Of a stretch of DNA of 64,000 nucleotides, positions 27,606 to 40,870 are shown one piece after another. The DNA is from Eledone cirrhosa (lineage: Eukaryota): contig OZ024760.1 in NCBI GenBank assembly GCA_964016885.1, positions 20,150,001 to 20,214,000 on the forward strand, in the 5' to 3' direction. Made by a program: the position numbers and the translations under genes. The stretch's first letter is position 1, and every line of letters begins with the position of its first letter. The notes beneath the pieces were generated by a model, which ran no database searches, was not told where the DNA came from, and was given only the letters and a program-made list of their open reading frames with translations.

Positions 27606-28071
27606 CTCGGCTTGGCTCAGCATGTGTCTGTGAGTGTGTGTGTGTTTGCGAGTTTGTTATGTACTTTCGGCTTCAGAGAATTAAACACACACACATCTAC
27701 ACATACAGATACATATGTCATGACAAACAAGTAGTAGGCGTGCGTGAATGTAGTTCTGTGTCTGTTTTAGTATATATATATATGTGTAAGTGTATGTGTG
27801 TGTGTGTGTGTATGTGAGTGTATGTGTAAGTGTATGTGAGTGTGTGTGTGAGTGTATGTGTGTGAGAGTGTATGTGTGTGAGAGTGTATGTATGTGTGAG
27901 TGTATGTATGAGAGTGTATGTGTGAGAGCGTATGTGTGTGTGAGTGTATGTGAGAGTGTATGTGTGTGAGTGTATGTGTGTGAGTGTATGTATGTATGAG
28001 TGTATGTGATAATTTTTATTTTCAATAGAAAACATGTCAGATTTTGTATGTGAATATGTATGTGTCTGTAA

Positions 28072-28105
<34 letters not shown>

Positions 28106-28484
28106 ATTCATTAGGTACATTATTAGATACACACACACACATCTACACATACATATATATGGAGCGACTCACAAAAAAATGAGGTGAAAAGCTATGCGTG
28201 TATCTGCGTGAATGTATGTCTGTGTGTGTCTGTCTTAGTATATGTATGTGAGAGTTTGTGTGTGTGAGTATGTAGCAACAATTTATTCATTTGGACACCA
28301 ACAAAATATTACAAAATGAATATTGTTTACCCTAAAGTGCTTCAAGATTGACAGATTTTCATTTCTAAATACTATTACCATTACAATTTTGATATTTTTT
28401 TCATAGAATATAGATATTTTGAAATAATTATGAGAAAAAAAAAATATCTTCATATTTATTGTTTATTAATCTGAATAAGATCAA

Positions 28485-28518
28485 CAGTAACCTGGGCAAC
28501 ACAGGGTAATTCAGCTAG
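28485..28518 (+). mobile_element. Helitron-type 3' terminus
   Basis: aacctgggcaacacagggt hairpin followed by aattcagCTAG-T; 5' end not identified. Confidence 0.55.
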
Positions 28519-29809
28519 TGTATATATATATATATTTTTTTTTTCATTTTTTCATTTTACGTCCACTTTTTCCTTGCTTGCAAGGTTGGGACGGGAGCTG
28601 ATTCTGGCTTGATTTTCTTCCTAACACCAACCTCATTTACAGTGAGTGCTGGGTGCTTTTTTGCCATGGCACCTCCACGACCACTTTGCAGTGGAATGAT
28701 ATGGACCCCAGTCCTATCATCTCATTTCTACAGCTGAGTAAACTGGAGCAATGTGAAATAAAGTGTCTTGCTCAAGGAAACAACACATCACCCGGTCTGA
28801 GAATTGAACTCACAACCTTTCGATTGCAAGGCCAATGCTCTAACCACTAAGCCATGTGCCTCCATTATATATATATATATATATACATATATATAGGTAT
28901 GTGTTTGTGTATGTAGGGTATAGGTGGAGTGGAGTACAATAACCTGATATAAATTTTAGCCGGAGATTCTATATTTTTGGGTGGAATTCTTTAAAAATTC
29001 CGTTCACGTCACAAAACAACAACAACAAACTCCTATATAAACAATGGAGTGAAATATATATTGTGTTACGTATGACTCATTTTTCTCTGTATTTTATATA
29101 TATATATATATATATTTTATATCACATATCTTATATATTATATATGTTATATATTATATATTTTATAGTAATATTTGTTTTGTTTTTAAAGGGTGTTGTT
29201 GGTATTTTAGAAATAGCAGAAAGTCAAATCTAAATGTTAAAGAACTCTACAACACGTGACTTAATTGTAAGAATGTTGGCTTTAACCATTGTAATGGTGT
29301 TGGTTCCTTGCCAGGGTGTGCTTTTTATAATGGTCTACAAACCTTTATTAAGTTACAATCCAAACACTAACCTAATGATGAAAAAGTTATACTCGTATTA
29401 TTAAATCTTTGTAAATTCTTGGTTATTTTTCAAAATTATTTGAATTTTTGTCTTTATGTCAACAATATTTTACAGAGAGGCGGTGAATTAGAATGGCATT
29501 AGAATGCTTTATGATATTCATTGCGGCTTTCTGCCCTGTAAGTTGAAATCTTGCCGAGGTCAACTTTGTCTTTCATCCTTTCAAGGTCGATAAATAAAGT
29601 ACCAGTCTAGTACTGGGGGTCGATTATCCCTCTATAACTCTTTCTCATTTCCAATTTCTCACTTTCTATAAAAATTTATGTAAGAACATTTAACCCTTTA
29701 GTGTTCAAACCAGCCATGTATATATATATATATATTATATATATATATAATATAAAAGATATATACATATATATATATAATATACATATATATACATACA
29801 TATATATAC

Positions 29810-29907
<98 letters not shown>

Positions 29908-31029
29908 CCTGTACATGTGTGACCTGATAACCTGACCACATACCCACCTCATATCCTCATTAAGTCCATCTCAAGATTTAAAGCTCTTCTCTTTAGAACC
30001 TTCTATATATTAGGACTTGACATTTCCTTCAAAGCAACACTAAAATCTCTTCTTGTCTTTAATGACAGTTACATAACCATTTCACCATTTACTGTTAATT
30101 CTTAGTAAACTATTACTGAGTCACAATATCCTTGGATTTCTGTAAGTGGTTAATAGAAAGATCAGAAACCATGGGAAAGGGGTTTCTATGTTACATTTTT
30201 TTTCATATATCAACTTGTACGGAGCTTAAACTTTACACTTCCACAAATATATAGTTGTTTTCTCAAATGATCTAAACTATTATATAGACTACTAAACTAT
30301 TATATATATAAAAACCTCCCAGTACACACTGTAAACGTGGTTGGTGTTAGGAAGGGCATCCAGCCGTAGAAAACCCGCCAGACAGTCCTGAACAAGACAA
30401 CCAATCTTGCCTCAAGTGGGACAATTCCCGTCCAGACCCATGCTAGCGTGGAAAGTGGACGTTAAATGATGATGATGATGATGATGATGATATACATATA
30501 TACATATATATATCATCATCATCATCATCATCTTCGTTTAACGTCCATTTTCCACACTAGCATGGGTTAGACGGGAGTTGTCCCGCTTGAGGCAAGGCTG
30601 GTCGGGTGACCGTATCTCGCTCATATAGGACTATCTGGCAGGTTTTCTACGGCTGGATGCCCTTCCTAACACCAACCACATTTACAGTGTGGAACTGGGA
30701 ACTTTTTACCATGTTACCTACACGGCCACATTACAGCGTGGACTGTGTGTTTTTTGTCGTGACACCTACACGATCTCGATCTCATTATCTCATTTATTTG
30801 GACTGGATGTTGTGGTACCAACTTTACAGAGAGAGGGTGGTGTTGGTGGGAGTGGGAGGATAGGGTAGGGGTAGTGGATTGTGGTGTATATTTGGTTAAG
30901 AGGTGCCTACTGACTATATATATATATATATACATATATTCATATATATCTATAATAAATATATATATATGTACATATAAAAATATATATATATATATAA
31001 TGTACATATAAATATATAAATATTTAAAT

Positions 31030-31065
<36 letters not shown>

Positions 31066-32476
31066 GTTAAACGTCTATCTTTCACGCTAGCATGGTTTAA
31101 AATAATAATGAAATTATTGTGTACAGTGCTCAGGTGCACTACAACTCATCAAAGGTGCATGTATAGTACATAGAATAATGTACAAATGTCAGGAAAATGA
31201 ACAGTGTACGAGTCATGATATAATAACAATAACAATAATGAAATATTGTGTACAGTGCCCAGGTGCACCACAACTCATCAAAAAAGTGCATGTACAGTAC
31301 ATAGGGCAATGCACAAACATCAGGAAAATGAACAGTGCACGAGTCATGATACACACATGTGTGCATGTGCATGGAAGGGGTACAACAGGTGTAGTTTTGG
31401 CGTATTTCGGGAAGCATGAGTGTCTTAAAGGATGCAGTTTAGATGGGTTTGTCCCACTTGAGGCATAATGGGTCGGGTGACCGTGTCTCGTTCGTATAGG
31501 ACAGTTTCTGGCTTGGTTTCTATGGCCGGATCTCCTTCCTAACACCAACCACATTTACAGTGTGGACTGGATGTCCTGTGGTACCAACATAACTTTACAG
31601 AGAAAGGGTGGTGTGGGCAGAAGTGGGAGGATGGTGTAGGGGTGTGGGATGCATATTGGGTTAAAAGGGGCCTACTGACTGAAGGTTTAAGTTTGTGTGT
31701 AAGGGAAGGCGGGTATTCTGTATCACTGCATAGCGCCAAACATCTCAATCCAGTGACATTGTCTTAGAGAGGTGCAAGTGTACAAAGTCAGCTTTTATCA
31801 TGTCGTCCCAGGTTTTTTGGAGTCTACCTACTCCGTAGCTTCCGTTAATTTTGATCGCCCTGCACTTTTTTATACAGCTGTAGTCCTTCAGACTTATCAC
31901 ATGACCATATCAACATAACCTCCTTTCAAGCAAACTGCATCTGATCCCTCTTATTCCTAATTTCTCACTTAGTTCATTTATGTTTTGCCGTTCATGTATA
32001 TTACTATTACACATCCAATGGAGCATGGATACTTCGTTCCTTTCCAGACTGCGCAGGTCCTCTGTACACATTGCCCATGTCTCACTGCCATGTAAGATTG
32101 CTGTTTGTATACAAGCATCATACAATCTGCCTTTTATTTTTAGAGAGAAACCTTTTGTGGCCAACAGCGGTATTAGCTCTCATACCCATATCATCATCAT
32201 CATTATCATCATTTTACATCCGCTTTTCCCTGCTTGCAAGGGTGGGATGGGAACTAATTCTGGCTTGATTTTTACAGCTGGATGCCCTTCCTAACACCAA
32301 CCTCATTTTCAGTGAGTGCTGGGTGCTTTTTTTTCCATGGCCCCTACACGTCCACTTTGCAGTGGAATGATAGGGACCCCAGTCCCTATCATCTCATTTC
32401 TACAGCTGAGTAAACTGGAGCAATGTGAAATAAAGTGTCTTGCTCAAGGAAACAGCACATCACCCGGTCCTATATA

Positions 32477-32662
32477 TAGGAACAAGTATGACCCCGATGG
32501 CAGAGCTCAAGCCGTTTCAACAGCTATTTCTGGACTGAAATAGTCCAGAAATAGCCGTCGAAACGGCTTGAGCTCTGCCGTCGGGGTCATACTTGTTCCT
32601 ACTACCCACTCTACTACCCTGGAGCGTTATGGTCCATCTGGTTCCTTACCACAATTCCTTTG

Positions 32663-32665
<3 letters not shown>
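32477..32665 (+). mobile_element. Fold-back pLTR-like element: palindrome 32477-32601 plus tail; related copy 39688-39825, fragment ~34559-34600
   Basis: ~59-bp arms; the right arm holds a hammerhead 3' half, GAAACGGC..GCCGTC^GGGGTC; TA-repeat flanks. Confidence 0.7.
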
Positions 32666-32724
<59 letters not shown>

Positions 32725-32878
32725 ATATGTGAAATAATATATGTTATAGACATGAGTGTTTAATTTCATAATGACAGTGAGATAATAGTAATTATAGTCC
32801 TATAATGTTTTGTCACAACATAGCTTTGAGTTGACACCAACACCTAGTCTTCCTGCACATAAAATACAGTTTCCTTGA

Positions 32879-32934
<56 letters not shown>

Positions 32935-33334
32935 CGTGTGCACGTGTGTGTATATATATATGTACCAATTTCTGTGGGTGTGAAAAACTGCTCAAATAGG
33001 AAGAAAGCAGAAATATATTAATTATTTATGTTCATACATTGGGACAAACGCATCCGAAGAAAGGCCACTATTTTGATGCCCCTTGTATTCTGGAGGTATG
33101 GTCAAATTTGGGCCTTGAAACTTTGGGTAGGGCCTTTGTTTTATGTATAAACATAAATAATATATATAATATATATTTGTTTCTACTTTAGGCACAAGGC
33201 CAGCAATAACCCAGTTCATTACTGGTACTTTATTTTATCGACCCCGTAAGGATGAAAGGCAAAGTCAACCTTGGCGGGATTTGAATTCAGATCGTTATTA
33301 GACTTTATACATATATATATATGTATATAATATA

Positions 33335-34535
33335 TCTAAACTATAATAAAGTAAGGAGTGCGAGACTGCGTATGGTTTCATCATTCATCATTTCATTTCA
33401 TTTTACGTCCACTTTTCCCTGCTTGCAAGGGTGGGACGGGAACTGATTCTGGCTTGATTTCTACAGCTGGATGCCCTTCCCAACACCAACCTCATTTACA
33501 GTGAGTGCTGGGTGCTTTTTTGCCGTGGCACCTCCACGTCCACTGATAGGGACCCCAGTCCCTATCATCTCATTTCTACAGCTGAGTAAACTGGAGCAAT
33601 GTGAAATAAAGTGCCTTGCTCAAGGAAACAACACATCACCCGGTCTGAGAATTGAACTCACAACCTTTCGATTGCAAGGCCAATGCTCTAACCACTAAGC
33701 CATGTGCCTCCAGGTTTATTTATTTTAATCCAGTTTCTAAAATAAGTTGGATTACTTTGAATAAATAATGAATGAATATTACATAATTTATGTACTAAAT
33801 TAAATTTAATATAAATATTAATATAAATAATGTTATACTTTGGGAGGGTCATGTTGCCAAAGTCATGACCCTCCCAAAGTATAACAATATCGGTTTCAAC
33901 ACACGATTTCAGATAAAGAATCTTGCTAAACAAATTCAGAAACGAAATATAAATAATGTTATTGCTTATTTAAAATTGACTTCTTTTCAAAGTTTCAAAT
34001 TTCTACACTTCCAGTATATCACCGCCACCACTTCAACTACCATATATATATAGAAAGAGAGAGTGTGTGATGAGAGAGATACAGATAGAGTGATTATGAT
34101 TATAGCTCAGAGACCAGAGAGTCACTCCAGGTAAAACCGCAACTGCTCCGAATTAAGAGATCACAGCTCCGATATTATGAGCATGTGGTTAGAATGTCTC
34201 AGTAAAGAATCGCTGGACACATTTTACAGGCAAACCCAACCGGCAAGAGACCCAGAGGTAGACCCTGAGCAAGATAGTTGGATAACATCAATGAGCTTGG
34301 CTGGTCACGCTTTGGGATCCAGCTGGATCAGTTAGAGATATTTGCTTCTGACAGACTCACTGGAAGGAGTGTTTGAGAAGGACTCTGCCCCCACGACCCT
34401 TTCAGAAATAAGTGGGCAAAGAAGAAGATATTGTCAATTTACATATATCTAAATGCATATATATTTGCATATAATACCAATATGTACACTACATATGCTA
34501 GCAGAAAACCGCCCTTCTGGTGGTTTTTCTGCTGG
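33335..34535 (+). mobile_element. Second copy of the same Helitron family with nested SINE, fold-back element and RTE fragment
   Basis: Same 5' end and subterminal sequence; 3' CTAG changed to CTGG. Confidence 0.7.
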
Positions 34536-36054
34536 TATATATAAATATGAAAATATTCAGGACCCCGACGGCTGAGCTCCAGCTATTTTGACAGCTAGAT
34601 CCGAACTATATATATGTATATAGTATAAAGTAATATGATTTCAAATACGAAAGCAAATAATTATTGGTGAAGAAGTTATACAGCTCAAAAATACTGGATG
34701 TTTTACATACACAAGGCAACATTCAATTTTATAGAAAAGTATGAAATCCTAATATGAATGATTATGAATTCACATAGAGCTACCTCTTCTTTAGTGTGCT
34801 GGCCATTGTCCAGAAGATTGTGTCCTCCGTCCTCTGTCCTTCAACTCTGGATATTGTGTTGGCCACTATCCAGACCATTTCTTGTGTCCTCTGTGCTTAG
34901 ACAGCCAGACAATAGTTAATACAAAGCATTGTAAGATGTGTAGTAAAAGACAGATAAAATTCATTTTAAAAGCCAGTACAATGGTGTAGAAAAATACGAA
35001 GGGTAAATGTTGACAAAACAAAACAAAATAACGTGTTACCCTTACCCAGAGTATTTTAGCAACATATGACACATGACCAGATTCTCTGGCGATATGCAGT
35101 AGTACAGAAGACCCGACTTCCCACAAGCACAAGCTGAAGCATATGTACAGTAAACCCCCCAGCCCACACTGTAAAGTGGATGTGTAAAGGATGTGGCAAA
35201 AAGCACCCAGCACACACTGTCAATGTGGTTGGCGTTAGGAAGGGCATCCAGCTGTAGAAAACTGGCCAGAAACACTCCTATATGAGCGAGACACAGTCAC
35301 CCAACCCAACTTACCACTAAATGGGACCTGTCTAACCCATGGTAGCATGGAAGATAGACGTAAACTGATGATTATGATGATATACATATTTATATACATA
35401 TATATACAAAACATAACTATATAAATATATATATATATGGTTTGCTAATTTATTGTGGAACTAACTATATATATATATATAAAATTATAAGTTTGAAGAA
35501 CAGTCAGACAAAATCTATCCAATTCTTTTCCTCCTTAGTCCGTAGAAATCAACTAGATAAATAATCATTTAAACGGAGCTAGAGTTTAACATGTAAATTT
35601 GAAGAAATGACAGATAAATATTACAGACTTTCCTCTGTGAGGAACAGTCAGATAAAATTTACCTAATGTTTCATCTTAATCCATAGAAATTAACTAGACA
35701 AATAATCAATTAAACGGAGCTAAATCGAAAATGTAAGTTTGAAGAAAAAAATATAGATAAACTTTACCAAAATTCTTCTAGTCCCGACTATCAATAGTTT
35801 CGCTTGAACTTTATGGATATGTCTAATCATAGAATTATCCATGAGGCTCCGAGCTTTTCAAGAGACTCCCTCAGTTAAGACCAAAGTTTCTAAAGTGATC
35901 GTTTTCAGTAATGAATTCAAAAGGGGTGAAAAACATCACGTGGCTAGCGATCATATTTACTTAATTCATTCATTCATCGAACCACACCATTGAAGGTAGC
36001 CAACACTCATATATGTATCTGTGACTATGTCTAAATATATATATGTCCTTATGA

Positions 36055-36127
<73 letters not shown>

Positions 36128-36489
36128 AAATAAGAAATTAGAAATAAGAAATAAGAGGGATCAGATGTTGTTTACTCGAGAGAAGGCTACGTTGGTACGG
36201 TCACGTGATGCGCATGAAAGACGACAGCTGTATAACAAAGTGCAGGGCAATAAAGATAGACGGTAGCCACGGAGTAGGCAGACCCAGAAAAACATGGGAC
36301 GAGCTGATAAATTCCGACCTCACACGCTTACACCTCTCCAAGACAATGTCACTGGACCGAGACCTTTGGCGGTACTCAGTAATAGAGAAGACCCGCCTTA
36401 CCTAAATACAAAGTAAAAACCTACTACAGTCAGTAGGCATCTCTATCAAAACACCACCCCCGTCCCACCACCTCCACCCCATCCACACT

Positions 36490-36915
36490 GCCCCTTTCAA
36501 TGTAAAGTTATGTTGGTCCCACAACATCCAGGCCGAAACAAATGAGATCGTGTAGGTGTCACGACAAAAAAACACACAGTCCACGCTGTAAATGTGGCCG
36601 TGTAGGCAACACGGTAAAAACCTCCCAGTCCCACACTGTAAATGTGGTTGGTGTTAGGAAGGGCATCCAGCTGTAGAAAACCCGCCAGACAGTCCACGCT
36701 GTAATGTGGCCGTGTAGGCAACACGGTAAAAACCTCCCAGCCCCACACTGTAAATGTGGTTGGTGTTAGGAAGGGCATCCAACTGTAGAAAACCCGCCAG
36801 ACAGTCCTATGCGAGCAAGACAACCACTCTTGCCTCAAGTGGGAAAACCCCCGTCCAAACCCATGCAAGCGTGGAACACGGACGCTAAACCTGATGATGA
36901 TAATGATGATGATGA
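36490..36915 (+). mobile_element. RTE-tailed SINE-like element (family 3); copies ~6120-6285, 30315-30490, 30515-30830, 35140-35380, 41260-41552, 50260-50455, 60930-61268
   Basis: cacactgtaaatgtggttggtgttaggaagggcatccag core, ending ccatgc(t/a)agcgtggaa..(ATG)n. Confidence 0.75.
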
Positions 36916-37010
36916 TATATATATAAATTCATAAGGATATATATCCAGCGAATTGTCAACCGTCAAGGTTGTTTTCCATGGTTATGTCACTATTTATAAA
37001 ACAAATTTTG

Positions 37011-37075
37011 TATTTTATCTGATGAAAGCGCACCAAGAATGGCTTGGTTGCCCTTGAAATATATATAATAAAATA
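37011..37075 (+). ncRNA. Minimal type I hammerhead ribozyme (family A)
   Basis: TATTTTAT CTGATGA aagcgcACCAAG-aatgg-CTTGGTtgccctt GAAA T-ATAT-A TA^ATAAAATA. Confidence 0.85.
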
Positions 37076-37213
37076 ATTATGGTTTTATAAATATAGTTTC
37101 CATTTATTAATATATTGAACATTTACTCCAGTAACTGTTGAGTGCTCTATATCAGTTATAAACTTTTAAGTTTGTTGGAATCCCAACAAATCAAATATAA
37201 CTTCTACATATAC

Positions 37214-37252
<39 letters not shown>

Positions 37253-39111
37253 AAAAAAATGAATAATAAAACTATGATATTGTTAACTGGCATTTCTAAA
37301 ATCCTATATTTGACCTTTCAGCTATTGTCCTGGGTGTCTTTTTCCCAGTTTTTAAACTCTCCATGATTCATTGTAGTTCAGTAAAAATGATTTCTTAATT
37401 CTAATATTTATAGTATTTTTCCTAGAAGACAAATCTTTGTTTTAAATTTATGATATTATAGGAAAGCCATTAATGTTTAATGTTGATGTAGTTATTTTTT
37501 TTAAATGTTGTATATTTAAGATTTATAATTAGCTCTTAACATCCTGTAATGATTTAACAGAAAACATCTAAAAACAGGGTTTATTATTTCACATGTTTAC
37601 AGTAACTTTATAAATGAACAGATTCTGGTAAAAATTTGTAGTATTAACTCTTAACATCATGTAATGATTTAGCAGAAAATCTAAACTATAATAATATCTA
37701 TAAAGAGGTTTGTTAATTCAAATGTTTTTAGAATCTTTACTAGTGGTCAGATTGTTGTGAAAATTTAGAGTAAAATAAAGTAAAACAACGTGTAAAACAG
37801 AACAAAGGAGAGACACAAAGAAACAACAAAAGTAGTCACTGAGGAGGTCACAAAATGTGACAAGAGAACTTTGACAATCAGCAACTAAACTACCATCCAG
37901 TTATTTAACTAACCAGCTGTTATAAGGAAGTTATAATAATAAATTGAAGGGAAACCCACCAGGTGCCTGTGTGTTTTATTAGCAACATGACCCTCTCAAA
38001 GTATAAAAATATGTTTCAACACAAGTTTTTCAGACAAAAGAAATCTTGCAAAACAAATACAAAAACGAAATTAAATAAAGACTTTAATATTTAAAGTGAT
38101 ACGGTCATTACTAGTGGAATAATTGTTGGGAAAATTTATAAATTTATAGTATTAGAATAAAGAATATTAACTGTTAAGGAACAATTTTCACAAATGTTTT
38201 GTTAATATGGTTTCATGAGGTTTGTTAATTCAAATATTTATACTATCTTTACTAGTGGACAGATTGTTGTGTAAATTTATAGTAAACTAAAGTAAAACTT
38301 GAATATTTGATGTGATACAGTCATAGTGTTATTTTGGTACTTTTCAAGAATATTTGGCTCATGTTTGATAATTCAAATAATTATAGTATCTTTACTAGTT
38401 GACAGATTGTGGTGTAAATTTATATTATTAGAATAAAGAATTTTAATTTTTAAGGATGTAGTCATATAGCCATGCTTTACTTTTCAAAGAATGGTTTCAT
38501 GTGGTGTGTTAATTCAAATCATTATAGTGTCTTTACTAGTGGATAAATTGTGTAAATCTATAGTATTAGAGTAAAGATGGAAAAAAAGCTTTAATAATTA
38601 TTTCTACTTTTGGCACAAGGACAGCAATTATCCCAGTGTATTACTGGTACTTTATTTTATCGGCCCCGTAAGGATGAATGCAAAGTTAACCTCGGCGGGA
38701 TAGGAACTCAGATCATAAGGGGCCGTAACTCTATGCCTTAATAATGTGGTTTCACTTGGGAGAGGAAGCAGTTAAAATGGTGTGAAAATGTGTTCCCTAA
38801 GGAAGTGGGTTTTGATGAATATGACCACTCCTCCATGAGGGGTCAACAATGAGACAATGCTGTCCCCTTTCTATTTCCTCTCTTTAATTACCATCAACTA
38901 TTCCATTATCAACATATACATACACACACATACATATACATACATACACACATACATATACACATACACACATATACATACACATATACACACACATACA
39001 CACATACATACACATATAAACACACACACACACACACTCATACATACATATACAAACAAACAACACGCACACATACATACATACATACACACACTCACAT
39101 ACATACATACT

Positions 39112-39143
<32 letters not shown>

Positions 39144-39275
39144 TACAACATACATCCCCTTCTATCCTCTCTGGCATATAAACAACAATAGAACATCTTT
39201 CCACTACTACTACCACTACCACTACTACTACCACCACCACCACCACCACCACTACTACTACTACTACTATATATA

Positions 39276-39652
39276 TATATTGTTATACTTCCTTTGGGAG
39301 GGTCATGTTGCCAATAAGAAACACATGCACCAGTCCACCAGTCGTTTCACTTCAATTTATTATAATAAATTTATAAATTTCCGGTTGGTTGGTTGGTTCC
39401 ACAACCAGATGATTGTTTATATATTGTCAAAGTTCTGAGAACTTTGACAATATATAAACAACCATCTGGTTGTGGAACCAACCAACCGTAAATTTATAAA
39501 TTCCTAAATTTATAAATTTAATATAATAAATTGAAGTGAAAGCAACTGGTGCGTGTGTTTCTTATTGGCAACATGACCCTCCCAAAGTATAACAATATCG
39601 GTTTCAACACACGTTTTCAGATAAAGAATCTTGCTAAACAAATTCAGAAACG

Positions 39653-39656
<4 letters not shown>
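39276..39656 (+). mobile_element. Fold-back pLTR-like element (family D); shorter fold-back at 33826-33955, non-inverted relative at ~37780-38075
   Basis: ~160-bp arms centred on caaagttct-g-agaactttg; shared tail cggtttcaacacacg...cagaaacgaaata. Confidence 0.7.
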
Positions 39657-39691
<35 letters not shown>

Positions 39692-39836
39692 AAGGAGTAG
39701 GACCCCGATGGCTGAGCTCAAGCCGTTTCGACGGCTAATTATGTCCAGAGTTAGCCGTCGAAACGGCTTGAGCTCAGCCGTCGGGGTCCTACTCGTTCCT
39801 ATTACCCCACTCTACTACCCTAACTATTGAGTACAC

Positions 39837-39898
<62 letters not shown>

Positions 39899-39916
39899 AC
39901 ATGTGTATATATATAT

Positions 39917-40500
39917 ATGAAAAATTTTGTCCTCATCAGTGGCCATCCAACCGTCATAGGCATTTCATCGCTTTAAAGACCATATACCTCAGGTTGGTGC
40001 GAGCAACGGCTAAAAAAAAGTCGTTGGGACACGTAAATAAAGGGGACGCTAGGGTAAACAAACAAAATGGTTTAAGCAGCAGAAAGTGATGAAGAAGGAA
40101 ACAAGTCCCAGATTTCTATGAATATAAATTCGGTGGAATCGTGAACGAGAGAATAAAGACCATCAAACCTGGTTGAAATGTGAGCAAGGAAGGAATTTCG
40201 CACAGGTCTAACGGGAGGAAGAAGAAGGGGTCTGGTCTGCGAATTCGGTAAACATAAGTTCTGTGAAGTCGCAGACGAGAGAGAGAGAAAAAAAATTCAT
40301 ACCGGCTTGGCCAAGTGCCCGCGAGAAAAGGATTGTGGACAGGTCAAACGGGAGGAAGAAGGGTCTTTTTTAGCCGTTGCTCGCACCAACCTGAGGTATA
40401 TGGCCTTTAATGCGACGAAATGCCTACGACGGTTGGATGGCCACTGATGAGGACAAACTTTTTCATATGTAACCCATTTGCAGCGCCGCAGCTCCATTAT
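39917..40500. mobile_element. Inverted-repeat element in a TA tract (~100-bp arms, ~350-bp spacer); relative at 60688-60820
   Basis: 39918-40018 is the reverse complement of 40368-40468; the arms contain CACTGATGAGGAC. Confidence 0.6.
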
Positions 40501-40501
40501 T

Positions 40502-40572
<71 letters not shown>

Positions 40573-40601
40573 AGATCAAAAGATGGTTAAAGGAGTTCCA
40601 T

Positions 40602-40673
40602 GTATTTTATTATGCGCATTTCAAAAACAAACATCATCATGCAATAATATTTGTGTTTTCATCAGATAAAACA
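40602..40673 (-). ncRNA. Minimal hammerhead ribozyme (family B), inverted arm copy
   Basis: Reverse complement of the 40799-40870 motif. Confidence 0.8.
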
Positions 40674-40798
40674 GGAGAACATGATATGAAGGCTAAAAAA
40701 CACTTGTGGATAGTGCAGTTTTAAATCAACATATCCACAAGTGTTTTTTAAAACTGCACTATCCACAAGTGTTTTTTAGCCTTCATATCATGTTCTCC

Positions 40799-40870
40799 TG
40801 TTTTATCTGATGAAAACACAAATATTATTGCATGATGATGTTTGTTTTTGAAATGCGCATAATAAAATAC
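40799..40870 (+). ncRNA. Minimal hammerhead ribozyme (family B)
   Basis: TGTTTTAT CTGATGA aaacacaaatatt..gatgtttgttttt GAAA T-GCGC-A TA^ATAAAATA. Confidence 0.8.
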
